This document shows positions 1 through 13,277 of a DNA stretch of 64,000 nt, one piece after another. Location of the stretch: positions 1-64,000 of the forward strand of contig NMRA01000082.1 in the NCBI GenBank assembly GCA_002633005.1. Direction: 5' to 3'. Numbering within the stretch: the first letter of the stretch is position 1; the number at the start of each line of letters is the position of its first letter. Made by a program: the position numbers and the translations under genes. The DNA is from Phoronis australis. Its lineage: Eukaryota; Animalia; Phoronida. Under the pieces are notes generated by a model. The model saw nothing but the letters and a program-made list of their open reading frames with translations, searched no databases and was not told where the DNA came from.

Positions 1-1442
1 TTGTCGCTTTTAATAATAGACTATGAGTTGAGAGCACCATCGTTCGCCAGTTTTTCTCGTAACGAGACAGAACACAATGTTTATGTTCGGACTAACAGTA
101 CAGGTCTTCGTTCCTAACCAACTTGAGGCTGCTGTTAGGCGATCATCTGATATTCAAGTTTTTACGCCCCGTCGGTGCTCCTTAATTATGCTCTTGAATA
201 TTTGGAAATTGTCTAAGCCCCTGTATACACACTACACATTTTCGTATACGACTTTTCGTATGCTAAAAAGGTGCGTGTAAGCAGATGTTCCAACAAAAAC
301 TTTTGCTGGTGGCGTGACTCGTACCCAGATGTGCACAATATGGTTTCACGAAACTTATGTGCCAAGTTCATGTGACGAAATCGAGAAGGGTTTTTAATTA
401 TCTAACGAAAAACTCCAGAGACATGTTAAGTGCCAGAAATTTACCAGGGTGCATGGAAATTTCATTATTTGGCTACAAAAACAAAAAAATATCTTACAAG
501 GGAGGGGAAACCCCCCTCCCGACCTCCCCACGCTCGGCGCCACGAGCCTAGGATTCGACCTTGGCGGGAATCCTAAACCCCCCCTTGGTGAAAACGTAGA
601 TCCGCCACTGGATATTATACGATTTTAGTGGAGAGCAATATAAGAAACTTTGGTAACGACGCTATTTGTGTTGAAAGTGCTAGTTTCTCATCCCCTAGAA
701 CATTCGGTCAAAATGTTGGCGGTACAGGCACGTGAAAATGTTGAACCATTACGATGAAAGTAGTTCCTTATCCTCGTCGCCAATATTGTTATGTAGACAG
801 TAACGCGGCGATTTGATATAACACATATATTGGTTGATGAAGAGATGGTAACTACATATAATATCGGAATACTAACAAATAGGTCTATGCAATACAGTTA
901 GAGAGATCATATGAGTCGCATAAACAATCAACACATGGCTTTAATGTGTGGTCGGCACACCAGTACAGCAGACAATAGATCAACGCTAAGTTCCGCCCAC
1001 GTGACAGCCATATTTGTCTTGGTCGTCTGTAAACGCTATAAACAAACATGTATGTCACATTTTCTAAACATGAAGTAAATATCAGCTTTATTTCTAGTAC
1101 ATCAACAAAAATTGGAAAATAATGACCGCGCATTCTGAACGAATTTTGGCCTCAAGAAGCAATCGAAGCCCGCTTAAAGGCGAAGACAACCTTTTTCCAT
1201 GTCATTTTGAGCTAAAATAAGGTTGGTTGGTTATCCTAGACATATTTTTCACTTAATTACAGCTTTTCGTAATTTTATTAATTATTCGTCCGCTTTTCCG
1301 GAAGTGACGTTTTAGGAGGCAAGCGCTTCCCGCCAATTTCTTTTCACATAGTCTGACTGTGAGAGCTGCCGAGTCAGTCATTGTTCTACCTCGGTTGTGT
1401 TAAGTTCCGTCGTCGTTCGCTTTCATTTACTAGTCAGTCAAC

Positions 1443-2450
1443 ATGCCACACTGTTGCTGCGTACCGGGATGTAGTAATTATCGGCTCACGCGCGCTTTGG
1501 GAGTGCCTTTGCATCGCTTTCCGATGGATGACACACTTCGCCGTACTTGGCTCGTTCGTGTGAAGAACGCAGCGTTACCCGTCCACGCAACGTACAAAGC
1601 AGTGGAGAATTACCGTGTGTGTGGCAAGCACTTTCTGCCGTCCGATTACGAAAGGGATTTGTACGCTGAACTGATGAAGGTCCCTGCGAAACAACGCCTG
1701 AAGAAGGATGCCATTCCGTCTGTGTTGATTCCCGGCAGTGCCCCGTCGCCACCCCCGAGAAGTGCGTTTTTGAAGCGAGAAGCCTCGCGAGCTGTGGCCA
1801 GTACAGTGACTGGAGCCAGTGGAGGCACTTCATCTACTGTCACCCGTGCCTCCGAACGTACCCCAGAGCGTGCAATTCCTGGAACCAGTAGTGATTCGCC
1901 CTGTGCTGTTTTCTCCAGCCCAGAGCCTCTAAGCAGCCCTGCAGCGATATTGAGTAGTGGGAGTGATTACAGGCTCAGTTCGACACCCAGTGAAGAGGAC
2001 AGTTCGTCGTCCAGTGAACAGATCGGTGAGCCAAACTTTGATAAGTTTATTGTGGACTTGTCTAAAGTGTTGGAGCTATTTAGAAGGTGCCAGGTGTGTG
2101 GCGAGGGAGTCACACGACACGATGTAAGCAGTTTGGGTGCTCAGGTCACCATCCAGTGGGAGTGTGTCGCGGGACACTCTGGCAAGTGGGACAGTTGTTC
2201 CTCTGTCCGTGGTATGCCGGAGGTCCACTTAACCATGTCCAGTAGTGGCTTGGCCTCGTCGAACTCTGAACAGCACAAGCATTCCATTGAGGTAGGCATA
2301 ACAACGCACACAGTGCATTTGCACCAAGATGTGTCACCACGTCTGTCCTCAGTAGCCGCCTCGTTTCTCTCAACAGCTGCCTGTGCCTGTGCGTACTCTG
2401 CCTCGTTATACTCGGGCTCAAACATGTACCCACCCACTGAATGTCCGTGA
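1443..2450 (+). CDS. THAP (C2CH) zinc-finger protein = truncated Kolobok transposase N-terminus
   Basis: MPHCCCVPGC..HRFP..W..RVCGKHF..LKKDAIPS is a complete THAP signature; followed by a Ser-rich linker and CQVC..WECVAGHSGKW zinc motif; no DDE core, and the C-terminal ~70 aa are the antisense of the KolX-like ORF. Confidence 0.8.
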   Translation: MPHCCCVPGCSNYRLTRALGVPLHRFPMDDTLRRTWLVRVKNAALPVHATYKAVENYRVCGKHFLPSDYERDLYAELMKVPAKQRLKKDAIPSVLIPGSAPSPPPRSAFLKREASRAVASTVTGASGGTSSTVTRASERTPERAIPGTSSDSPCAVFSSPEPLSSPAAILSSGSDYRLSSTPSEEDSSSSSEQIGEPNFDKFIVDLSKVLELFRRCQVCGEGVTRHDVSSLGAQVTIQWECVAGHSGKWDSCSSVRGMPEVHLTMSSSGLASSNSEQHKHSIEVGITTHTVHLHQDVSPRLSSVAASFLSTAACACAYSASLYSGSNMYPPTECP

Positions 2451-2536
2451 AAAAATTCCTCGTCACCACTGCTGTGAACAAGGTCTCCGTCACTCACACT
2501 ACTGTCACTGTGATACGGGTCACCGACTCCAGCCAT
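2141..2536 (-). CDS. KolX-like / P2X7-ballast-like Cys-rich protein, N-terminal part only
   Basis: YMFEPEY...RRGDTSWCKCTVCVVMPTSMECLCCSE matches the FEP / WCxCxxC / ExxCCxE pattern of KolX, nanor and the P2X7 cytoplasmic ballast; homology stops near 2235 where it meets the transposase fragment. Confidence 0.7.
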   Translation of the reverse strand: MAGVGDPYHSDSSVSDGDLVHSSGDEEFFHGHSVGGYMFEPEYNEAEYAQAQAAVERNEAATEDRRGDTSWCKCTVCVVMPTSMECLCCSEFDEAKPLLDMVKWTSGIPRTEEQLSHLPECPATHSHWMVT

Positions 2537-4101
2537 TTTCAGCTTACAACACACTAAACAATCCCTAAATCCAACGTAGTTGAGTTCTCTACTAACCTAT
2601 CTTGCCGCAGAATACTCGCCGATAGAAAGTGGTGGCGACAATTGTTGAAAAACTGCACAAAACAAACGTAGAATAGAACAGATTCGCACGGTAAAGTCAA
2701 CGCAAAACCAAGTGGCGGGAAACGCTTGCCTCCTAAAACGTCACTTCCGGAGTAGCGGACGAGTATTTAATAAAATTACGAAAAGCTGTAATTAAATGGA
2801 AACTATGTCTAGGATAACCAACCAACCTTATTTTAGCTCAAAATGACATGGAAAAAGGTTGCCTTCGCCTTTAACTTCAAAGCCGTTTTTCTCGGCTCGT
2901 GATTTCACTTTAGTGACAAGATTCTCGGGCCTATTTTTCCGCAACACGTGGGTCAATTTTTACGAAATTTGCAAATTTGACATCCTCTAGGACTGAATCA
3001 AAAGCGCATGCCAGGGTTTTTTGATACATGGACCAGATTTTTAGTTATTAGACGGAAAGTGACCAAATGATAGAAAGTGGCGTGGTTGCCCCAACTCACA
3101 CTCAAAAAAGCCACAAAATCAAGATGATAATGATTTTGTACATATATTTGGTATATATAAGTAGAATATTGCTTAACGAAACAGTTGATGATAATCCCTG
3201 TGCATTTTGAAAAACAATTCGAGGTAAAATTGGATTTTTTGAAAAATAAAACATACGATTTTTTAAAAAAACGAACTACAATAAAAAATTTTTTTTTTCG
3301 ATTTTTGTCACTTTCAGAGTCATTTCTAACTAGTTAAAAACCCCTTTATACTTATTTTAGATAGGAACCTGGAGATTTGACCAGTGTATACACCTACCTT
3401 AATTTATAGAGGACCACAACGTCAGACTTCATAGGGGCTTTACCGAATTATAGACGATAAGCAGACCCATATACTATTATAGGGAAAACGCTAATCGGTC
3501 TCCGTCGGGGTAGGACAACAAGTACATGTATCAGCATAGGGAGCCGGTGCAAAGGCGCCCGATTAGCAGTATATATCCCCAAAAACTATTCAGAGTATAT
3601 CGTGTGCTAGGTAAGACGGATTTCTTCCTCAGGAAAGATACCTCCCACAGAATGGCAAGCACATGATTACGACACGTTGTCTGGTAACACGTCCTTTAAT
3701 GACCCTTCATGTTTTGCTCAACGATTTCTCCTAGTGTCACTTTAGCTCTTGGAAATATTTTGAGCGCGTGCGTGAATGGCTACATGAAGACGTAGGGTAT
3801 TAATCAGCTTGTCAGAGGAAAAACGTGGTCGCATTTGCGAGTTGCAAGCCGCTGAATTGATCCCTGGTTACTTCAATCGACATACAAGTTCTGCAATTTT
3901 CACACATCGGAGTCACAACTTCATGACGTGCTTTGAAAGAATGTTGAAACCTTATTAGAGTCAGCTGGAAAAACACTGCCAGTAACTATCTTGAATTATT
4001 TGATTTATTTAATTAATTTTTGCAGTAATGGACAATGCTGTATACATGCATTAGCTAAAGCGGGTTTTATATCTATTGTATTTTATCTTAAATAAATAAA
4101 G

Positions 4102-4103
<2 letters not shown>

Positions 4104-4156
<53 letters not shown>
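4104..4156. repeat. (TTA)n microsatellite (second copy 4824-4871 next to the N gap)
   Basis: Directly visible trinucleotide run. Confidence 0.95.
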
Positions 4157-4158
<2 letters not shown>

Positions 4159-4363
4159 TTAATGACGTTCTTTGGAATAAAGTTGAAAACTTATTAGAGT
4201 TAGCTGAAAGAATACTGCCAGTAACTGATTGTCAAGAATGAAAAAAGTTATATTTAATCCACTAAACAGGCTGTCTTGCAACAAATACCTCACCAGAGTC
4301 CATCCTAGCGGAAAACGCCTCAAGATGAATTGCAGAAAACAACGTCCTGTAACAAACACTCAC

Positions 4364-4621
4364 TTGTTTTAGCAGTCTTCGGTGATAACGCTACTTCATC
4401 CCATCCACTCTTGAGTGTCATCACCGTAACAGAGTACTCAGTTCCAGGATTCAGGTTATTACAACGTCCAAAGAGAAAACCCATTTGCGATTTTAATACA
4501 TAATTAGTGCTATCGCAAGAGATTCTGTATCCCTCTTTATTACCACGTGCTGAAGTCCAATAAACGTCAAATGTTCTTTCATCGTGAACAATTACGTTGG
4601 TAATAGTAGCTGCAGCTAGTT
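4364..4621 (-). CDS. FN3 exon (duplicate of 5078-5335, probably assembly artefact)
   Basis: tttccag acceptor, gtgagt donor, 258 nt phase 1-1; encodes ELAAATITNV..FDVYWTS..GYRISC..CNNLNPGTEYSVTVMT..AKT. Confidence 0.6.
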
Positions 4622-4823
4622 CTGGAAAGGAAGAGACATGGACAAAAGGCGTGTAAATTAAATTTAAGTCCTTATCTTAAAGAGTAACCTACTTCGAAAA
4701 CCTAAAAATACAAATTACGTAATATGTTACACGACGCAATGCTTACCTCCTTTCTACTCTTAAACTAAAAGGGGTTGTTCCAAAACCCCTTTGACCCCCA
4801 CAGCAAACGACCCCGTCGACCCN

Positions 4824-4872
<49 letters not shown>

Positions 4873-5077
4873 TTAATGACGTTCTTTGGAATAAAGTTGA
4901 AAACTTATTAGAGTTAGCTGAAAGAATACTGCCAGTAACTGATTGTCAAGAATGAAAAAAGTTATATTTAATCCACTAAACAGGCTGTCTTGCAACAAAT
5001 ACCTCACCAGAGACCATCCTAGCGGAAAACGCCTCAAGATGAATTGCAGAAAACAACGTCCTGTAACAAACACTCAC

Positions 5078-5335
5078 TTGTTTTAGCAGTCTTCGGTGAT
5101 GACGCTACTTCATCCCATCCACTCTTGAGTGTCATCACCGTAACAGAGTACTCAGTTCCAGGATTCAGGTTATTACAACGTCCAAAGAGAAAACCCATTT
5201 GCGATTTTAACACATAATTAGTGCTATCGCAAGAGATTCTGTATCCCTCTTTATTACCACGTGCTGAAGTCCAATAAACGTCAAATGTTCTTTCATCGTG
5301 AACAATTACGTTGGTAATAGTAGCTGCAGCTAGTT
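5078..5335 (-). CDS. FN3 domain exon (type B) of multi-FN3 gene
   Basis: Canonical splice sites, 258 nt, open frame with FN3 W..Y..LxPGTEYxVxV motif; missed by ORF track because it lacks a start codon. Confidence 0.8.
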
Positions 5336-5526
5336 CTGGAAAGGAAGAGACATGGACAAGGCGTGTAAATTAAATTTAAGTCCTTATCTTAAAGAGTAAC
5401 CTACTTCGAAAACCTAAAAATACAAATTACGTAATATGTTACACGACGCAATGCTTACCTCCTTTCTACTCTTAAACTAAAAGGGGTTGTTCCAAAACCC
5501 CTTTGACCCCCACAGCAAACGACCCC

Positions 5527-5647
5527 GTCGACCCACAATCTCCACGACCCACAACCCCACGACCCACAACCCCACGACCCACAACCCCACGACCCACAAC
5601 CCCACGACCCACAACCCCACGACCCACAACCCCTTCGACCCACAACA
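5527..5647. repeat. 15-bp minisatellite (CCCCACGACCCACAA)n
   Basis: About 7-8 tandem units visible. Confidence 0.95.
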
Positions 5648-8437
5648 TGTGGCTCTTTACGCATTTCATAATCATATTACTTTGATGAGTGACTATCACA
5701 TAAGACCGATTTACAAGCGAATCAGCTCTGGCTATAACGGCTACTAATGGCCCTGCTCTGATAAATTAGGGACAAAGAACGATAACGTGAATCCCCATAA
5801 TTTTACAATTTCCTGTATGCTTGTACACTCGTTTGCAATATACAGCACATATCACGAATTTTTGTCCGACCGGTCGGTAATCGCGGGTCGACAACCGGTC
5901 GTCTAGCCATCCAGCAGGTAACCTGCAACGGTCCGCTAGAAGGCGTCAGCTGGGTCACCTCTCCGTTTGTCAATTTTGTCGGCAATTCGTAGAATTTTTC
6001 AGACGACCAATTCGGACTATGCGTATCCTCGTTCGGATATTACCGTTTTATGACTTAGCGTCAGCGATGAGCTTGGCCAAGCAGTGCATCGAAGTGTTTG
6101 TTGTTCGTTCTCCACATGCCACTCTAGTCTTAAACCCGCAGTTTTTAAACATTCCTTTCACTACTTAATGTAATCAAACTGAACGAATTACTTGAAATTT
6201 GAACAAAGTGAATGTTCTTGTAGAGTTATCGACGGCGTGGTAATTTAAACGATTAATGATTTCGCGGAAATGTACTTTTTAACTCTAGCTATGAGGAGGT
6301 TTTTAAGCCCAACAAACACGAAACGTTTACGCGTTGCAGTGAAATTGTACGAAATTCAAAAACAAGGATAGACTTGTTACCACCGCAGACATTTTGTAGT
6401 CTTGAAATGTTCAATAACTAGCTAGTTGCTATTGCTTTTGACTATCACTTCATCACCTGCTCGCAATTTCCCATTGAAAAATTTTTAATCTGTATTATCT
6501 GCAAATACGCTGGTGATAGAAAAAAAGGTTTCTTTGGGAAACACGTCAAAATCCAGTTGATCACTAGTGCAGATTTTAAAGTCATCGATGCATGTAAACG
6601 GCTAGCGCTTAGCTAGGATTGATTGTAGCGTCAACTGTCAAGAATTGTATCTTCATGAGTACGTTTATGTTAGCATGGCGACCACTAACGGCCAGTGTGA
6701 ATGTCAATCACTTGACTCCTTCCGGCGACCGCGTGTTCCTGTAACCACGAGTTCCTTTATCTATATATATTACACTGTACGTACTAGCTTAATAAACCAG
6801 GCGTGTGTTCAGTACTGCTAGGACCTACGCTAGGACCTAGCTAAAATCTAAGCTAAGTCACGTGCTCATATTTAAAATACACGGCGATATCTAACGTAAT
6901 CTCACGAAGTCTTGTTTTTAGCGAGGTCCTAGCGTTACTGAGCGAAGACAGGGACATTTACATTTATTTGTCTTCAAGACATCAATCATGATCTTACATT
7001 CGTTGTTGAAATCACTTTGCAAGTTCGTAAAAAAACGTAATATCATTTCGAATGCAGAATTTTCGGAGATAACCTGCTTACGATGTCCGTTATTCAGTAA
7101 AAGGTCTTTGTACTATAAATTTCTTGTAGATAAATGTACACAATCAAGGCGAGTTAAAGTCTGTACATATCTAAAGCGAATAAAAGTTAGCTATTATTAT
7201 ACGTCATTGCAAACATCAGTTTAGCGATTATTTCTTACGAAAGTGCTCTTCAAACACAGAATCTAGGCTGATATTACGGAGTGCCGTAGTATTTTAGTTT
7301 ACGTTCTTTCCAAAAATACCTATGAAAATAAACGTTGAAACTCTAGACATTAAACTTGTTGCTTTGGCAAGGCAGAGTAAAGAATTGTCTTCAGATAAAA
7401 ACGTGTGTTTGACTATTGTGCACAAACGATATTTACTACTATAAGTTTATGAATACGTCGCATCTCCCGAAGCCCTGACTTATCGCGAAGCTATGTCAAA
7501 TTTCAGTCTGTTCTTTTTTAGCATCGTATAGGGAAACAGCTGAACAGTAACTGCAATTGCCTTGTGACAACCCGGACGTGCGAGTGCATTTTTGCGTAAC
7601 ATGACAGCAAATTGGCGACGGTTTTACTAGCCGTTAAAAATGTAGAAATAAAACAACCACACACGGCGATTTTTCAGCAAACAAAAAATGTTTATCTCAA
7701 AACAGTGAGCTTCTCTTCTCAATTACAATAACATGCTGTGCTTGATTTTTGCTGTCCAGACACAACAACCAGCGAAGTTTTCCCCGGCAGTTGCCATGTG
7801 TCGCTTTGCCGGCGGGGAAAATAATCACTAGCAGATTTGACTTCAATATATATTTTAAAACGTGATAAAAATTTACAATAGTCACCTCCGTCGTATAAGA
7901 AAATAAATTCCGCAAACTTAGAATGTAGTGAACTGTGTAGTGCATGAACTGAACTTCGATATTGTACATGTAGTGTTAGGAGATGCGGTATTTATAATCT
8001 CCTTGACAAACAAAATCTAGCTATTCAAGGCCCGTGGAGTTAATCAATATGCTCATCCTGCGCGGAGGACCATTCCAGGCAGGGCTCCGACGGGTAAAAG
8101 CTTAATATACGAATGTTTCAGGCCCAATGGGAATTCTTCGTTTTACTTTAAACTCGTTAATACTTCTATTTTAAAATTAAGCACAACGCCAATGTTTCCA
8201 TCCGAAGTTAGCTAACTTTGAATGTTTTCCTGGGGTCTTACATTTTCTCACACTCAGAGTTCTGAAACAGAAGTGACATTAAGCCACAACAACTCAAAGA
8301 AGACGTGATGACACAACACTGTACAATTGTTTGTGTTTCAAAACTACTTAACAGCAATAAATATTGTTAAAGCGTTCTAAGAAAACTGAAGATGTACTCA
8401 TTTCTGCGGTTTCTATGACTAAATTAAAAGTTCACGA

Positions 8438-11400
8438 TGAAACATTTGGTGTCTGAGTTAAGACCAAGAACGTCGTGGTTAACTCTCTGTTCGTGTGCAA
8501 TGATAATAACTACATTATATGTGGTCCGTAATACTAGTCTTAGGTACGCGTATACAACATCTCCCTTCGTTAAAAAAGTTTAAGTACAATATAAGTTACA
8601 GTCCAGTAAGCTGTCCATCAGAAAGTTACTACGATAACACTAAAGTCTAGCTAACTTGTAAACACGTTAACTAAATAGATGTGAGTATATATATAGTGGG
8701 TTTCACAGGTCGTGAAATCTCGCAGGGAGCACAACAGCTCGTCCCGATCTGGTGTGGTAGAGACCATCGTCCGTAGTGGTTGACGTTCCTTCGGGCACAT
8801 CCGGTTGTATGGCTTCTTGCACGGATGGGGTGTAGTCATCGGGAGGCTGTGGCTCTTCTTTCGTAGAACTAATGTGTCGACGGTTTCGCCGAAACTCAAC
8901 ACCAGTAGATTTGCGAACAATGTACGAGCGAGGTGCTTGTTCGCACTTCTTAACGACTGTCGCAGGTTCCATTTCTTAGAGATGGGGTTTTGCACTCTGA
9001 CGTGTTTGTTAGTCACTAAGTTCTGTAAGTGGTCATGCATGTTGGTTGTAATATTCAACTTGCTTTATGGACTTTGCAGGCTGTGGCAGTTCCTTTTCTT
9101 TGTTGTTGACTACATATAGATTTGAACGAACCTTACGGCTGAACATGTATTCGGCTGGAGAAGGTAATCCAGGGGCAATGGGCGTAGTGCGTAGACATAG
9201 TAGCGCCATCTGTGGATCATCTCCGGATTCTAACGATTTTTGGACACATCTCTTCACAGTCCCGAAGAATCTTTCCGATTTTCCATTACCTTGGGGATAG
9301 TGTGGACTGCTAGTCGCATGCTTGAAGTCATTCTCTTCAACAAATCTTCGGAATTCGTCACTGCTGTACTGTGGACCATTATCGCTCACAAGGGAATGCG
9401 GGATACCATACTCTGACATCACCATACGTAGTTATTGTATTATGCTTGACGAAGTCGTAGACGAAAGCTTGCGAACAATACAGAATGAACTGTAATAGTC
9501 GACGACTAGTAGGTATGAGTTGTTGTTCCACTGGAACAAATCAGAATTCCAATGATAACCCATGGCTGCTGGGCTTCATGTGCAGAATTAACTCTTTTTG
9601 TTGCGACGATTGGTTTCGTTGACACGAGGCACAAGATTGCACCATGAGCTCGATATCTGAGTTGATACGGGGCCAAAATACAGACGACTTGGCACGCAGT
9701 TTGGATTTTTCTATACCAGGGTGTCCAAGGTGTAACTTCTCCATAACGTATGAACGTAGGTTTTTGGGGATCACGACACGATGTCCTTTCATAATGATTC
9801 CATCATAAAGTGACAGTTGATCACGATATGTCCAATAATCTTGTACAGGCAGGACAAGCAGCTTTGGACTCAGGCCAACCTTGGGTGATTGCTTTCTTGA
9901 GCTGGGCTATGACTTCGTCTTGTTCTTATATCTTGTAACCGCGGCTTTGTTACACTGACTAGACTGTGAATGTTCACGTCCATATCTGAGACAGCAGAAC
10001 CGTAAAGTCATACTGCTGTATGCGAAGTAACATACATCACAGTCTAGGTGGGGCGCTTGATAGTTTCTTCTTGGTGATACTCATGAGCGGTTTTTGTGGT
10101 CGGTTCCGATTCTATCAGGTCGCCCATACACGTAATCATGAAAGCGTTCAAGTCCAAAGACAATAGCTAGCATTTCTCTTTCAATGTTACAGTAGTTGGA
10201 CTCGGTTTCAGTGAGAGTCTTGCTTGCGAAAGCGACTGGACGTCAGTTCTGGATCAACACTGATCCAAGTCCGGATGTACTTGCATCTGTTTGCACAGTA
10301 ACTGGGAGTTTCGGACCAAAGTAATGTAAGGCTGTAGAGCTAACAGCTTTCTTCACCCGTTCAAATGCCTTTTCTTGGGCTGGACACCGAACAAACTCAG
10401 AGTCTTTCTTGATAATGTCTCGCAGTGGCTTGCATAACGCAGATAAGTGGGGGGAAAATCTTGCAAGGTAGTTGACCATGTCTAGGTTGGACTGCAACTG
10501 TTGTGTGTCGCGTGGCGGTTTCATGTTGACGATTGTAGAAATTTTGTCAGGCTCTGGTTCAAGACTATCTGCACCAATGTAGTTTCCAAAAAACTTGATT
10601 TTCTGTTGCTTAATACGACACTTATCAGGATTGAGACAAAGTCCTTGGTCCTTTGCTCGATGAACTACAGATATGAGGTTGTTGTCATGTTCCTCAGCTG
10701 TTCTGCCAAAGACAATGATATCGTCAGCGATACCAACAACACCAGGTAACCCTTCAAAGGTAGCGTCGATCTTCCGTTGGAAGACATTATTGGCTTGAAA
10801 CGAGGCCAAATGGTAGACGGAGAAAGGAATACCTTCCTTGTGGCGTGTTGCACGTACACAATGGTTGTGATACTTTGTCCAACTTCACGTTCCAATAACC
10901 AGATTTCGCATCTAAAATGCTGAAGTATTTCGCACCGTGGAAAATGGGGAGTGTGTCGTCGAGTGTTTTTGTGTTATAGCGTTCTCGCTTTACCCACTTA
11001 TTTAACTCACGTGGATCGAGACACAGTCGGAGGTCACCATTGGGTTTATGAACTAGACCGTGAACCCAATCAGTTGGTTCCTAGACGGATTTGATGATTT
11101 CGAGATCAACTATTCTCTTAAATTCCTTCTGCAGAGGTTCCTTTATGCTTTCAGGAACTCGACGCGGTGTGTTGACCGTAGGTTCTGCATCCGGCCTAAG
11201 AGTTATGTGATATTCACCAGGGAATAGACCGATACCATCGAATACTTCGTGGTATGTGTTGAGAAGCAAAGTTTTCGCTTCGCTAGGATTGTCTGGGAGT
11301 TTTGCTAGCTTCTTGCGGTCAATGGTTTGAGTGGTCCTTCCGATTTAATGGAGACTGTTTTGGGTATGCAGAGTCAGCAACCCAAGTTCAACACTCGTGA

Positions 11401-12600
11401 CTAAACTAATGAGTGTTGGACCCATAACGTCAGTAATGTAGAAATTCGTTGGTTGTCCATTCTGATCAATGTTGTCGGGGCATACTTGCTTGAAAAACGA
11501 AGGGGCATAACATTCAGCTCTGCACCGGTGTCAATTTTACATCGAACCATAACGTTGCGCTTTTGTGCAGTCGGCATCTTGATGTGGACAAATGTGTCAG
11601 TTTTATTGCGATTTTCGATAGTGTCCAGTGTGTACACTTCGACTCCTTGATCAATATTATGTATCTTGCTTGTAAGTTGGGGAGGTTTGTGGGAGCTTTG
11701 ATTTTGTTTACGGGAGGCATAGTTAGTCTGTTTGTTTCTCTGTTTGCGTTTCAAACAGACATTGGCAAAATGTCCCGTCATTTTGCAAAAATTACAGACC
11801 AGTCCATACGCCACAGTTAAAGCAGAAGGTTTGTCTCGCCTTTTCTTTTACAGCAGGCTTCTTTCTTTGGACTGTTTAGGTCGCGCACCGGTAACACTGA
11901 GAACGTCACTACTGTTGGGTGTCTGACTACCTTGAATGTCCAGCATGTGCGCCACTGCAGTCTCACGGGCACGTATCATACCTATTGCGCTATCTAACGT
12001 GAGGTCTTTTTGGCAATAATTTTTTTAACGTATACTATAATGGTATCTAGAAGCTGTCCGTTTGTATCTGCATAGTTGCACTCGGATGCAACGATTTTTG
12101 CACGCGTTAAAAATGAGTCAATAGTCTCACCCTCCGTTTGTTTGAGGGCACGTCACTTGAATCGGGCCACTCGGAAGTTGGTTTTGGGCTTACAGTATTT
12201 TTCAAAGTTGTCATAATGCACTTTCAGGCTTCCAAGTCGTCGCCAGTTAATTCCCAGCCATTGCGGATATCAAGGCCGTCCTCGCCGACCCATAAAAGTA
12301 GGTAGTTAACCTTCACACTGTCCGTTTTTTCCGCCAGGATCCGTTGAAAATAAGTTCACATGTTTGTTTGAACTTTCTAAAACGATCTGGCAAGTTTTGC
12401 GCCTGCCAATCGATTGTGGGAATTGGTACGCTTGTTAAGTCAGTCATGTCGGGGTTCGTTTACCTGACACCATGAAACATTTGGTGTTTGGGTTAAGACA
12501 ATGAACGTCGTGGTTGACTCTCTATTCGTGTGCAGTGATAATAATTACATTACATGTACATGTGGTCCGTAACACTAGACTTAGGTACGCGTATACAACA
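8438..12600 (-). mobile_element. Ty3/Gypsy LTR retrotransposon (Mag-like), full-length but decayed
   Basis: LTRs 12473-12600 (5') and 8438-8559 (3'), TG..CA; PBS TGGTGTCAGG at 12463-12472 (tRNA-Leu type); purine tract next to 3' LTR; gag start MTDLTSVPIPTIDW at ~12447, CCHC knuckle CNFCKMTGHFANVC, protease KIDTGAE, RT GIADDII, RNase H TDASTSGLG, integrase H2C2 and SDNGPQY..SSPHYPQGNGKSER, broken by frameshifts and stops. Confidence 0.95.
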
Positions 12601-13277
12601 CGTGATACAGTCTCTAACATTGTATGCACAATTGCTACTGCATAGCTGTTCCTAAAGAGTGTTGTCTGCGTAAACTCACTATAACTTCAAAAAACCCGAT
12701 TCCTGGCACATTATTCGTTTTTAATTTACGCCTGTAGATAAATAATTCACACATAAGACACTAGAGCGTTCGCGTCTCAGGATTTCCATTGTTGTTTCTC
12801 CGTTTATTTGTGCTCTGCGTGTATAGTTTTAGTTCTATTATTTTATGAGGCAGTCGTTTTAGAAACCAGCAGGTTTTGATAAATCAGTCTATATGTCAAA
12901 ATTCAAAAAACTTCATGTTTTCTACATGGATAGGTATCCTAACAAAAATCTAAATGTCACATTTTGTGGACTCAATGACCTCTAATATCGGTGCAGGAGC
13001 ACTAGAACGCGGTGGGTCATATAAGCCGTCCAAAAATTCTATGTTTTCAGCAACGACAATAAGTACCTTAGAAAATAGATCGAAAGTTGTACTTTGGTGG
13101 CTGGAATAAACGATTTACATTGTAAATAAAGATTAATTCTTGATGATTGACCAAAAATATCTTGTCTTAACTTTACATTTAGTAAAAATTGTCCTGCAAA
13201 ACTGTCGATTTTGGAAATGATGAACAAGGTTTACAGTCAAATTGAACGAAATCTGATTTAAATTGTTAAAAATACAC

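Larger units (their letters stand above)
1178..2870 (+). mobile_element. Kolobok-type DNA transposon, internally deleted derivative (family A)
   Basis: TTAA at 1174-1177 and 2871-2874; AGG...CCT termini; ~158-bp highly similar terminal inverted repeats (1178-1335 vs 2713-2870); contains the N-terminus of a THAP transposase (+) converging on the N-terminus of a Cys-rich KolX-like ORF (-), the Kolobok gene layout. Confidence 0.85.

Noticed and set aside
2875-3402. Host non-autonomous DNA transposon into which Kolobok A inserted (ends ..CACCTACC TTAA)
   Set aside because: Matching left terminus not found inside the window, so boundaries cannot be supported.
4364-4621. Genuine recent tandem exon duplication in the FN3 gene
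   Set aside because: Copies are nearly identical, abut an n and are bounded by a microsatellite and a minisatellite, typical contig-end overlap.
5455-5747. Repetitive ORFs (GCGSW)n, (GVVGR)n, (TTHNP)n, (PTTPR)n
   Set aside because: All frames are open simply because the 15-bp minisatellite has no stops; no splice sites compatible with the phase-1 FN3 exons (the candidate micro-exon before gtaagc at ~5458 has stops in phase 1).
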